IMG/VR virus record: IMGVR_UViG_3300017743_000002
Location: 38,381-102,380 of that record
DNA from: a virus
Strand: one strand, 5' to 3'
DNA: 64,000 nucleotides
Below are positions 19,543-28,563 of this stretch, piece by piece; position 1 is the stretch's first letter, and the number at the start of each line of letters is the position of its first letter. The translations under genes and the position numbers were made by a program. The notes beneath the pieces were generated by a model that worked only from the letters and a program-made list of their open reading frames with translations, did no database searches and was not told where the DNA came from.

Positions 19543-22500
19543 CTATTCGTAAAATAAACCGAGTATTTGATTAAGGGGTGCAAATGTTCCTGTTAGTTTG
19601 AAAGTCTTTCCACCATATACAAATACGATTCCTTCGTTTGGAACTATTTTATTCTTTCCTCCGATAGAAGTTAATCTTTCCAATTCTAATTTTAGTTTTT
19701 TTACTTTCTTAACATCACCTAATTTTTGAACATCTTTTATTGTCTTGTCCAATCTTTTTTTCATATCCCTAACTGCCTTATCAGGATTTACAGTTAGTGC
19801 TGAACTCATAAATGAAAGTACTTCAGCCCCTAAACCTAAGAAGATATTTTCAAATGGTCTTATATTATCCTTAGCCATCTTAGCGTGGTCATTCTTATCA
19901 ATTCCCTTTGCCCATTCTAATGTTTTTTCATCAGATAAATTTTTCTTATCCAATCTAAATGATTTATCGTAGAATGCCCATCTCTTAACTAACCCCATTA
20001 GAGTTTTGTTATCTAATTTAGATGGTGATTTCTTATTTACAAAATCCATCCAAAAAGCTTGATGGTAATCAGCGATTCCATCATTATCTTTTAATTTAAA
20101 TTTCTTTTGTAATTTTGATATTTGTGAATTATACTTTCCTTTAGTTGATGAAAGATTTTTTGATTTTGGTAATTGAACAACTGGTGGTCCTTGAATCGTA
20201 TATGCTGATTGGACTTGTTGATTAACTTGTTTAATCATACCAGCTAATATTCTTGCGGCGTCTTGGTTTTCACCAATAGCAACACCATCTTCATTATACT
20301 CCATTGTTCCGTGGAATACTAATAGTGCTTGTCCGTAAGGTATTACATTAACAGAAGTTGGATAGATTACCTCCAAATTCATAAAACATGCTCCTCCTTT
20401 GAAAATCTTATCTCTCTGCTTTTCACTCAACTTAGATATTGCCTTCGTTAAATCTTTCATTGCGAAGTTATACGCCTTTTCCAATTCTCCTCTTCCAGCA
20501 AACTTCACAGCCACCCCATTAATATCTAATGCACCTTCTCCTTTGTTTTTCAAATGTCCTTTATTTCTCGCTGCAACCAATCTCCCATCTCTCCAACTAA
20601 CTGCCAATGCTTGTCCATCTGTTTTTTCTCTAGTGAGTTCTAAATTACCCTCTAAAGCTTTTTGTACTATATCTTTTAATTGTCCAAAAGTTAAATTGAT
20701 TTCTGTATCGAATGGGTGATTCATATGTCCATAAGCACCTCCTTCCAAAATCAATGATTCAGTAATACCACCACCTAATGCGTATGGTTCATTATACTGA
20801 AGTTTTTCTTTATCAAATTTCTTTCTTAGTTTTTTGATTTCTTTTTCATGTTTATCCATCCACTTTTGGTCTGGATATCCATGCCCTAATCCTTCTTTAA
20901 CTCTTTTATCCTTTATTAACATCTTTAATAATTCACCACCCTTACCTTTGATATCTTTATGTACCATTCTTGAAGTTGGGCCTTGAAATAATTTGATGTA
21001 AAGTTTTTCTAAGTATTCACCCTTTTGTTTATCTGATAGATTCTTAAATACTTTACTTATTTCTCCTCTTCTTTTGTAAACATATGATTTTAAATCATCA
21101 TAGTAAAAGGAGTTGATTTTTTCAGTTACAGGTTCATAACCTTTTTTCTTAGTATTTTTATCGTTTGCTTGATGACCGGGGCTTTTACCATCATCATCAA
21201 AATCAATTGTATCTGGCTCAGCCATTGAACCTCTCTTTGCATATGATGAATATGTATGGTGGTCATTGAAATCCTTTTCAGCTTCTGAAGAAGGTTTACC
21301 ACTTTTTACAGCTTTAAACTTATCAGTAACTTTAGTTGGTAATGATTCAAATTTATATTCTGGGTCTGATGTTTTAAAATCATCCTTTCTCATTATGGTT
21401 TTAGCGATTACTTTATTCGCTTGTTTCATAAATGGAATATTGATTTTACTTCTACTATCTTTTGCTACAATCTGTCCATATAAATCTAAGAAGTTTACAA
21501 AATCTTTTTTCTTCTTTCCTAATCTTTTAAAGAATCCAATTAATTCAGCTTGTGATATTTCTTTTTTATTTCTTGGGTCAGTTAACCTATCGAAGAAATG
21601 TTTATCAGTTAGAACTATATCTACTGGATTAAGTTGTTTATCAGCATACTTATCAATCTTCACCAAATCAGCCATTGGGATTTCATTAACAGTACCTTCT
21701 TTAACAATTCTAAAGTTTACTACCTTTCTACCATTTATAGTTGGCATCCCATGCTCATCTTTACCAATTGTTTTGATGATTGTTTTTTTGTTTTTAAATC
21801 TACCAGTTAGAATTGTATCTCCTATTTTTACTGGAAGTTTTATATCTTCACTTACCACATTACCTTGTGGTTTCTTTTCGTTAGATAAATCTTTAGTTGA
21901 TTGTTTTTTATCATCCTTTAATTCATCAAAATTTATTATAGAATACCCTACCAATCCAGCAATTCTAGTTACATGTCTAAACCATTTATTATAAGCATCA
22001 GTACCATAAAAATCCTTTTGGTTAGTTGCGGTTGTTTTACCAGCAACACCTGCGGGATATGGAGTTACTGCTTTTACAGGTCCTTCAGGATAAATTGGAT
22101 GTGGGTCTATATCAGTAAGTTCATCACTCATAATTTGTGATAAAACAGTATATCCTACCGCCTCTGCTCTTTTCTTAGAAACTCTATCGAATGTATTATA
22201 ATTTGGAAAAATATAATTAGGTCCATCATCAACTGCAGTTTTACCCATAGTGGCTGATGCCTCCTTAATTAAATCATTTCCATAACTAATTAACCAATTT
22301 TCTAATACTTCTTTTGAAATAGTAAAATCTTCGTTTAATGTATTTGTTATAAAATCAAATATCTTTTTATCAAACTTTGGATATGCTCTTTTTGTAAAAA
22401 AGTTTTTCTTATCTTCTTCTGAACCTGATGATAATCCCTTACGAACTTCAGTTCCACTTACACCACCAGCACCTTCAGGTGCTACATAAACGTATCCCTT

Positions 22501-22932
22501 ATCTTCATATCCTTCGAAATCTAAGTTATCTTTGTAAGGGGTAAAGAACTTACCTCTACTACCTAATCTACCAGCATCTTTCTTACCCACAACAGTAATG
22601 AATGCAGTTGTATCTTTATCAAACTTCGTTAGTACCTCAGTTGGTACATACGGATTTTTTACTTGAACAATTTTGTTTTTTGGAATCCCAAACATTTTGG
22701 TAATAATCATTACCTTTTCTTTGAAGTTGAATGGGGATTTATTATTATCGGTTTTATTGGATGTACCGATATACACATTATTCTTTCCGAACTTTTTTAC
22801 TAAGTGGGAATAGGTTGCGTAATGACCTTTATGAAAAGGTTGAAAGCGGCCAGCATAGACTACAACTTTGTTGTCTACACCCTCCGCTTCTCCTAAAATA
22901 CTTTCTATTAAGAATTGAGATAATTCGTTCAT
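19543..22932 (-). CDS. Multidomain protein: N-terminal HxGH nucleotidyltransferase (cytidylyltransferase/NMNAT-like), small middle domains, C-terminal ATP-dependent RNA-ligase-like domain
   Basis: YAGRFQPFHKGH (aa 26-37) and VSGTEVR. Ligase-superfamily motif I EKTDG (K770), a motif III-like NLEVI, motif IV EGIVF (E1100) and motif V KTFKLTG. Confidence 0.7.
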   Translation of the reverse strand: MNELSQFLIESILGEAEGVDNKVVVYAGRFQPFHKGHYATYSHLVKKFGKNNVYIGTSNKTDNNKSPFNFKEKVMIITKMFGIPKNKIVQVKNPYVPTEVLTKFDKDTTAFITVVGKKDAGRLGSRGKFFTPYKDNLDFEGYEDKGYVYVAPEGAGGVSGTEVRKGLSSGSEEDKKNFFTKRAYPKFDKKIFDFITNTLNEDFTISKEVLENWLISYGNDLIKEASATMGKTAVDDGPNYIFPNYNTFDRVSKKRAEAVGYTVLSQIMSDELTDIDPHPIYPEGPVKAVTPYPAGVAGKTTATNQKDFYGTDAYNKWFRHVTRIAGLVGYSIINFDELKDDKKQSTKDLSNEKKPQGNVVSEDIKLPVKIGDTILTGRFKNKKTIIKTIGKDEHGMPTINGRKVVNFRIVKEGTVNEIPMADLVKIDKYADKQLNPVDIVLTDKHFFDRLTDPRNKKEISQAELIGFFKRLGKKKKDFVNFLDLYGQIVAKDSRSKINIPFMKQANKVIAKTIMRKDDFKTSDPEYKFESLPTKVTDKFKAVKSGKPSSEAEKDFNDHHTYSSYAKRGSMAEPDTIDFDDDGKSPGHQANDKNTKKKGYEPVTEKINSFYYDDLKSYVYKRRGEISKVFKNLSDKQKGEYLEKLYIKLFQGPTSRMVHKDIKGKGGELLKMLIKDKRVKEGLGHGYPDQKWMDKHEKEIKKLRKKFDKEKLQYNEPYALGGGITESLILEGGAYGHMNHPFDTEINLTFGQLKDIVQKALEGNLELTREKTDGQALAVSWRDGRLVAARNKGHLKNKGEGALDINGVAVKFAGRGELEKAYNFAMKDLTKAISKLSEKQRDKIFKGGACFMNLEVIYPTSVNVIPYGQALLVFHGTMEYNEDGVAIGENQDAARILAGMIKQVNQQVQSAYTIQGPPVVQLPKSKNLSSTKGKYNSQISKLQKKFKLKDNDGIADYHQAFWMDFVNKKSPSKLDNKTLMGLVKRWAFYDKSFRLDKKNLSDEKTLEWAKGIDKNDHAKMAKDNIRPFENIFLGLGAEVLSFMSSALTVNPDKAVRDMKKRLDKTIKDVQKLGDVKKVKKLKLELERLTSIGGKNKIVPNEGIVFVYGGKTFKLTGTFAPLNQILGLFYE

Positions 22933-22990
22933 CTGATATAGTACTATTTCCTTTGTACTATATAAATATAGAATTTATTACTTTTACCAA

Positions 22991-23395
22991 TTATACTTTA
23001 ACAAATGGAGAATCTACAACTTCGCCACCGTCAACGCCGTTGTTTCCACCTCGTCCACCTTGTTGTGCCTGTTGTTCCATTTGTTCTTTAATAGCTGGGT
23101 TATAAGTAACTGTACCCTTTTCTAAATCTAATTGACCTCTTGGGTAATCTCTTTCTAACTTATTCAACTCTTTTCTAAGCTCAGCGTTAACTTCTTTGAA
23201 GTTAGTTTCAGCTTGAGTGAATGCCTCATCAATTCTTTCTAAATCAGAATGTAATTGATTTTTTCTAATATGCAACTCACCAATTTGACCCATTAGTTGT
23301 TGTAACTGTCCATTATATCCTTTGATTTCTTTGACCTTATCTTCTGATAATTCAGCCGTTCTTAAATCAATCGATGTTTTTTGTTCTTTTGCCAT
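22991..23395 (-). CDS. Coiled-coil protein, paralog of 27964..28242
   Basis: Helical hairpin ending YPRGQLDLEKGTVT. Late box at 23432-23439. Confidence 0.6.
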   Translation of the reverse strand: MAKEQKTSIDLRTAELSEDKVKEIKGYNGQLQQLMGQIGELHIRKNQLHSDLERIDEAFTQAETNFKEVNAELRKELNKLERDYPRGQLDLEKGTVTYNPAIKEQMEQQAQQGGRGGNNGVDGGEVVDSPFVKV

Positions 23396-23445
23396 ATGAC
23401 TATAAATTAATTAATTTGTTTTGAATTCGTATATAAATATATAAA

Positions 23446-24201
23446 TTATAAGTTTTCGTAATCTATTGTTGTAACACCTCTCTTTTGTACTACTTGTGCT
23501 GAACAACGATTTCCGAACTGTATTGATTTTGGAATATCATCAGTATCTAATAACATTTTAACAAACCCTGCTACAAATGTATCACCAGCTCCTGAGATAT
23601 CCATTATCTCTACTTTTTCGGTTGGATATGATATACCTTTGTACATACATCCATCCTTATCTAATGTAATTATTAGCTTTTCTAAAATCCAATCGTTTTT
23701 TTCAATAAATTCTTTATTATTTTCAAACTCTGAACGATTTAGTTTTATGAATCGTAAATCCTTACACCAATTACCCAATTGCTTCTTTGTATCACAAATT
23801 ACATTTGGATGTTTGAATCCGATATATGCTATATCTTCTTCGGTTAGGAATCCCTTATTGTAATCAGAAACTACAATCATTTGGTATTCCCAATAATCTA
23901 TATCGGTAAGTAGTTTGTTACCTATCCTATCGATATTTTTTTCTTCATCAATTCTTAATAATAAAGTGTTTGATGATTCGTGAATATGTCTTGTCTTTGT
24001 AATGGGAGATTTTTGATGATGAAAATCCACATCAATACTCAATGATGTTAAGTTAGCTAATACATTCATTCCCATTCCACCATTGAAAACTTCTCTTTTT
24101 GGAATAAATACAGGAGCAGGTCCTTCGGGTGAAAGACGGGGTGTATCTCCATAAATGAAGATATCATCACATTGTTCTCCTATTAATAAAACTTTACTCA
24201 T
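23446..24201 (-). CDS. hldA: D-glycero-beta-D-manno-heptose-7-phosphate kinase (RfaE/HldE domain I, PfkB family)
   Basis: RLSPEGPAPV, GGMGMNV, TKTR, LLRIDEE, VSDYNKGFL and the PfkB anion hole DISGAGDTF. Confidence 0.9.
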   Translation of the reverse strand: MSKVLLIGEQCDDIFIYGDTPRLSPEGPAPVFIPKREVFNGGMGMNVLANLTSLSIDVDFHHQKSPITKTRHIHESSNTLLLRIDEEKNIDRIGNKLLTDIDYWEYQMIVVSDYNKGFLTEEDIAYIGFKHPNVICDTKKQLGNWCKDLRFIKLNRSEFENNKEFIEKNDWILEKLIITLDKDGCMYKGISYPTEKVEIMDISGAGDTFVAGFVKMLLDTDDIPKSIQFGNRCSAQVVQKRGVTTIDYENL

Positions 24202-24577
24202 CTAATAATCCAGTTGTTGAGAATCCTTCTACTTTAGGGAAGTATTCTATTTTCTTAGCATGTTTTCTACCAATAATACCTTTCGTTTTGTATTCTTCTC
24301 CAATTACAAAAATATCTGGTTGGTATTCTTTTATAGCATCAGATAATTCTTTATCGGTATCAAATACCACAATACCATTAACTCCATTAATTTGAAGTAG
24401 ATTATATATTCTTTGTTTTTCATTATGAAAAGGTCTATTATCTCCCTTTGATTCTTTTACTCTTCTATCAGAATCAATTCCTATCATTAATTTTTCTCCC
24501 AATGATTTTGCATGTGCAATTAATTGAAAGTGTCCGTGATGAAGAACATCGAAACAACCATTAATCCAAATCTTCAT
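24194..24577 (-). CDS. hldC: Heptose-1-phosphate adenylyltransferase (RfaE/HldE domain II)
   Basis: NGCFDVLHHGH, GIDSD..V...KGDNRPF and C-terminal GFSTT. Overlaps the kinase gene. Confidence 0.88.
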   Translation of the reverse strand: MKIWINGCFDVLHHGHFQLIAHAKSLGEKLMIGIDSDRRVKESKGDNRPFHNEKQRIYNLLQINGVNGIVVFDTDKELSDAIKEYQPDIFVIGEEYKTKGIIGRKHAKKIEYFPKVEGFSTTGLLDE

Positions 24578-25717
24578 TTATAAAAACTTTTTTAATTCAC
24601 TTATTACCATATCTGAAGTAATCTCCTTAGTACACTCAAATTGTCTGTTAGTACCCTTATGGTCAGGACACCAATCCCAATCACCAGCATCTAATCCTAA
24701 TCGGTTAAAACATCCACTACACTTTCCTTTAGGTGAACCGATTCTTACACAATCTTTCATTTCTGCCCAAAGCTCTGAGAATCCACTAATCAAAACTGTC
24801 TTTGTTCCTAACGCCCAACTTAACCAACTCAATCCACTACCAATACCAATGAATGCTTTTGATTTAGCCATTTCATCCATAACTGATTCTAATGGTCCTT
24901 CTGGGTGTTTTATTATTCCCTTTGGGTGTGTGTTACCCATATAGTTATCACCCTCTTTTGAAAGTAATTTAACTTTATAGCCTTTATCATTTAACCAATC
25001 TACTACATCCTGCCAACCAGTTGGGTTGTTCCAATATTTTGGTTGAGCAGTTCCATGTATTGCTATTGTGATTAGTTTATCATCTTTCTCAACATTTCTA
25101 TCTTTTAACTTTGGTTTTATTTCTTTATATTCCAATCCTAATATGTCAGTTGCCATTTTTTGCATAGTAACTTCTTTTGGGTCTGTTGGATTTTTAAAGT
25201 AATCAATACTACCATCATTATAAAATAATCCCAAATTGTACATAGCATATAAATTAGGAACAACATCACCTGGCTTCACAAACTCAATATTAGGATATTG
25301 TTTTTTTAACATATCATTATGAAATGTAGATGTAACTATTTTACAATTATGTTGTTTACCAAACTCCTCAACATATGGAAACCATGCCAATGTATCTCCC
25401 AATGCTTTTGAATCTAGTGCAATATAAACTCGCTTATTAGTTGCATTATAATTTTTTTCAACTACAAGTTTATCGTTTTGCCAAACTCTAATTGTCCAAT
25501 CTACGAAATATCTAATATTAGATTTAGCCCAATGATTTGTTTTTAGTTCAGTTTCATAATGTATAAAATTTGTTTTTTTATCTATAAATTCAACTCTATA
25601 TGTTAAATTCTCTGAACCTAATATTTCAACACATGCACCATTTACATAATCTACTTTTACATAATCTTTTATTTCAACTATGTTATTATTATTTCTTTTT
25701 ATATTATCGTAAATCAT
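24578..25717 (-). CDS. Protein O-heptosyltransferase, Aah/TibC (autotransporter strand-loop-strand) family
   Basis: N-terminal beta domain ending RYFVDWTIRVW, catalytic ALGDTLAWFPY, FIGIGSGLSWLSW, and a four-Cys iron finger CSGC...WCPDH...FECTK. Likely ATG at 25717 overlaps the upstream TGA (ATGA); the ORF track starts at 25723. Confidence 0.88.
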   Translation of the reverse strand: MIYDNIKRNNNNIVEIKDYVKVDYVNGACVEILGSENLTYRVEFIDKKTNFIHYETELKTNHWAKSNIRYFVDWTIRVWQNDKLVVEKNYNATNKRVYIALDSKALGDTLAWFPYVEEFGKQHNCKIVTSTFHNDMLKKQYPNIEFVKPGDVVPNLYAMYNLGLFYNDGSIDYFKNPTDPKEVTMQKMATDILGLEYKEIKPKLKDRNVEKDDKLITIAIHGTAQPKYWNNPTGWQDVVDWLNDKGYKVKLLSKEGDNYMGNTHPKGIIKHPEGPLESVMDEMAKSKAFIGIGSGLSWLSWALGTKTVLISGFSELWAEMKDCVRIGSPKGKCSGCFNRLGLDAGDWDWCPDHKGTNRQFECTKEITSDMVISELKKFL

Positions 25718-27897
25718 TTCCAACTTTTATTTGTATTATCTAATAATGATAATCCTTCAGCTTGTTTTGAAAAAGGATAGTTTGTTGTGTATCTTAATCT
25801 TTTGTGATGATAGAATACATGATTGTACCATAAATCAGCTACATCCCATTCACAATCTTCAATCCTATCCATATACCATTGTTTATCTCTATTTGGTATT
25901 AAATAAGCATGAGCCCAATCTTGATTGTAATCAGTTTTTCTAAATGTTTCATCAACTTCCCATCTAGTCCAAGATGGATTATCTCCAAAACTAATAAATG
26001 GAACATCATCTTTTTCTGAGATAAAACATGCTTTGTTAACTACATCTACAAAATCTATTAGATTAGAATAAATAAACGCATCTGCCTCAAATATCAAAGT
26101 ATAATCGTAATTATCGGTATCTATTTCTTTTAATGCATTTATATGAGCTAAATAACAACCATAATGTCTGCCTGTAATGTTTCCTATACCTTGCTCACCT
26201 TTATAGATTGGAGTATCGGATATATCATCAGGTCTCCTACAAAACTCTGAAGGTGGTGTTCCATTATACACTTCATTAACCATAGGTTTGTAATCAAATC
26301 CCCAACGTTGAAGTTGTTTTAGTGATTTCTCACTAATTCTCTCTCTAATATCATTTGGGTTTGTCATCATATGGATAATTTGAATACGAGGTCTTTTTCT
26401 ATACCAAACCCAACCCTCTTTTGTTTCTACTTGTCCATAAAAATATTCATCAACTGCTTTAGTTAATCCCTCAAACAAATTAGTTCCAAAATCATCTCCA
26501 CCAATTATACCACCTGGTTTAACTTTATAAAACCAATTGTTTATATCATTTTTAACATCATCATATTCATGTCCAGCATCAACCATTATGAAATCTTGTG
26601 AATTGTTTAGGAAAAGATTTTTAGCATTATCTGATGTATCCTTTATTATTTGTATATCATCGAAGTTATTTGATATAATTGAATTATTAGAAAACTCAGT
26701 ATATAAATCATTATCAAATGGTTTTAACATTGTTCTATGTAATAAGTTATCATATCCAACCGAACCCTTAAATGTATCAATAGCAGTAAATCTTACATTC
26801 TTATTTGTTTCTTTTAGTTTAGTTGCAAAATAGTTAGTTGATTTTCCCATCCAAGAACCAAGCTCTATTACGTTTGAATTATTTGGTAATTTTTCAATTA
26901 CTTCATCATATAATTTTTGATAAGAGAACCAACCAGGAATTTCATTGAACTCTGGTTGTAAGGTTTCTAATAATAAATTTTTTGTTTTATGAATATCATC
27001 ATCGATATAAGTTACCAAATCAGTATTATCATATGTATCTAAAAATGTATGTAATCTTCTAAATATAGATGGTAAGCCGTATGAAAGGGCTTCTTTGATT
27101 GAAAGTGGATTAAGTTCTAATGTTGAACTAAAGTAAAATAAATCAGATGCTTTATAGAATTTATCAGTATCATTTCGTTCACCCCATACAACACAATTTT
27201 TAGGTTTGAAATCCATAAGTGGTTTCCAATAATCTTCAAAATTAATTGCTTGATTTCCTACAAAGTGAAATTTAATTTTATACTTCTCTAATAATCTAGC
27301 TACATCAAATATTTCACTTTGGTTTTTACCAACTGAAAATAAACCAACCATAAGAACATGTTTCCAATCTTTTTCAAAACCTAGTTCTTCTTTGGCTTTA
27401 TCTTTATCATATTTAAAATCTTCAATAGGATATTGCCAAACTTTAGTATCTATTCCCAAATGTTCGAATCTTTGTCTACTCCACTCTGATACTAAAATGT
27501 ATCTATCTGGATGATATTTAATTTTATCCGGATTTGTAAAAGAACCATGTGTTGAACAAACTATATCAAACTTTCTCTTTTTGTTTCCAAAAATTTTATC
27601 TAATGTTGAATGGTCTATGAAATGTTCTGGTATTTCAGTAAAATGAATAATATCGGGCTTTATATCATCTATAAGCTTTATAAATGAATTTCCTTTATCT
27701 TCATATAAAGTATGAAGAGTTACTAAATCACCGATTTGATTTTTTTGAACTACAAATACACCACCACTATGGTCATTGTATTCTACAACTTGAATATCAA
27801 ACTCATTATTAAAAGTTTGTATTTGTTTAAGAAGATATTGTGGCATTCCACCCGTTGAAAGATGAGATGCTACATAAAGTAGTTTTTTCTTTACCAT
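25714..27897 (-). CDS. Three-domain fusion: GT4-like glycosyltransferase + class I SAM methyltransferase + GT25-like glycosyltransferase
   Basis: HLSTGGMPQY...KNQ...ELNPLSIKEA (GT-B). ELGSWMGKS...VDAGHEY...KPGGIIGGDD (Methyltransf_24-like). YGCYLAH...LIFEADA...AHAYLI...DLWY (GT25-like). Confidence 0.8.
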   Translation of the reverse strand: MVKKKLLYVASHLSTGGMPQYLLKQIQTFNNEFDIQVVEYNDHSGGVFVVQKNQIGDLVTLHTLYEDKGNSFIKLIDDIKPDIIHFTEIPEHFIDHSTLDKIFGNKKRKFDIVCSTHGSFTNPDKIKYHPDRYILVSEWSRQRFEHLGIDTKVWQYPIEDFKYDKDKAKEELGFEKDWKHVLMVGLFSVGKNQSEIFDVARLLEKYKIKFHFVGNQAINFEDYWKPLMDFKPKNCVVWGERNDTDKFYKASDLFYFSSTLELNPLSIKEALSYGLPSIFRRLHTFLDTYDNTDLVTYIDDDIHKTKNLLLETLQPEFNEIPGWFSYQKLYDEVIEKLPNNSNVIELGSWMGKSTNYFATKLKETNKNVRFTAIDTFKGSVGYDNLLHRTMLKPFDNDLYTEFSNNSIISNNFDDIQIIKDTSDNAKNLFLNNSQDFIMVDAGHEYDDVKNDINNWFYKVKPGGIIGGDDFGTNLFEGLTKAVDEYFYGQVETKEGWVWYRKRPRIQIIHMMTNPNDIRERISEKSLKQLQRWGFDYKPMVNEVYNGTPPSEFCRRPDDISDTPIYKGEQGIGNITGRHYGCYLAHINALKEIDTDNYDYTLIFEADAFIYSNLIDFVDVVNKACFISEKDDVPFISFGDNPSWTRWEVDETFRKTDYNQDWAHAYLIPNRDKQWYMDRIEDCEWDVADLWYNHVFYHHKRLRYTTNYPFSKQAEGLSLLDNTNKSWK

Positions 27898-27930
27898 AAC
27901 CTATTTAGATGCTTAGATGCACTTTACAAT

Positions 27931-27962
27931 GTAAAGATACGAAAATAATTTTAATTATCCAA
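27931..27962 (-). promoter_or_regulatory. Putative host-type (Bacteroidota-like) promoter of the glycosylation operon
   Basis: TTGGATAATTAAAATTATTTTCGTATCTTTAC, near-identical to 44109-44140 and 44370-44400. Confidence 0.65.
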
Positions 27963-27963
27963 A

Positions 27964-28242
27964 TTATTCTTCAACAGTTATCGTACCTTTATCTAGGTCA
28001 ATCTGTCCATTCTTGTACTTTTTATCTAATTCTCCCAATTTTTCTTCTAATTCGTATATGTACTTATCATTCATTGCTCCGTACTTTTCCTCATTATCAG
28101 AAATCTCATTTAGTTTTTTATTGAGAGCTCTTTTCTGAACAGCCATTTGTCCTAAAAAGATTACAATCTTATCAGTTTCATCTCTAAGGAATTTTAATCT
28201 TTCTAAAATTTCCTTATCTAAGTTTTCTGTTTTTTGTGCCAT
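27964..28242 (-). CDS. Coiled-coil protein, paralog of 22991..23395
   Basis: Ends YKNGQIDLDKGTIT. Late box TACTTATA at 28261-28268. Confidence 0.6.
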   Translation of the reverse strand: MAQKTENLDKEILERLKFLRDETDKIVIFLGQMAVQKRALNKKLNEISDNEEKYGAMNDKYIYELEEKLGELDKKYKNGQIDLDKGTITVEE

Positions 28243-28296
28243 TGTATTTCTTTGTTTATATATAAGTATATATAAGTTTTGTTTTACGAAAAATTA

Positions 28297-28563
28297 TTAC
28301 CAATTTGGTGGTGTATCTAAAGATGATGTAGGCCAGTATGCTTTTAACTCATCAAGTGTTGAAAATGAATCTAAAGTAATGGTAGATGGAAAATTTCTTA
28401 AAGTATTTTTTTGTAAAGTTATAGAATGTTGAGTATCCGTATCATACGTTTCTAATGCACGCATAAATTCTATATCCAATTGTTTGAATTTTCGTTCTCT
28501 ATGTTCACGAAAAACTTTTAAAAAGTTTTCCAATGCTTTTGTTTTATCTAATGACCAACTCAT
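28297..28563 (-). CDS. Tail fibre assembly chaperone
   Basis: R..R...F..LDIEFMRALE...K..LRNFP...ELKAYWP pattern, downstream of the giant fibre gene. Confidence 0.7.
   Translation of the reverse strand: MSWSLDKTKALENFLKVFREHRERKFKQLDIEFMRALETYDTDTQHSITLQKNTLRNFPSTITLDSFSTLDELKAYWPTSSLDTPPNW

Noticed and set aside
21266-21994. 242-aa plus-strand ORF and the other plus-strand ORFs in the track
   Set aside because: Antisense shadows of well-supported minus-strand genes. They are F/L/S/I-rich mirrors of K/E-rich codons, with no promoter boxes or recognisable motifs.
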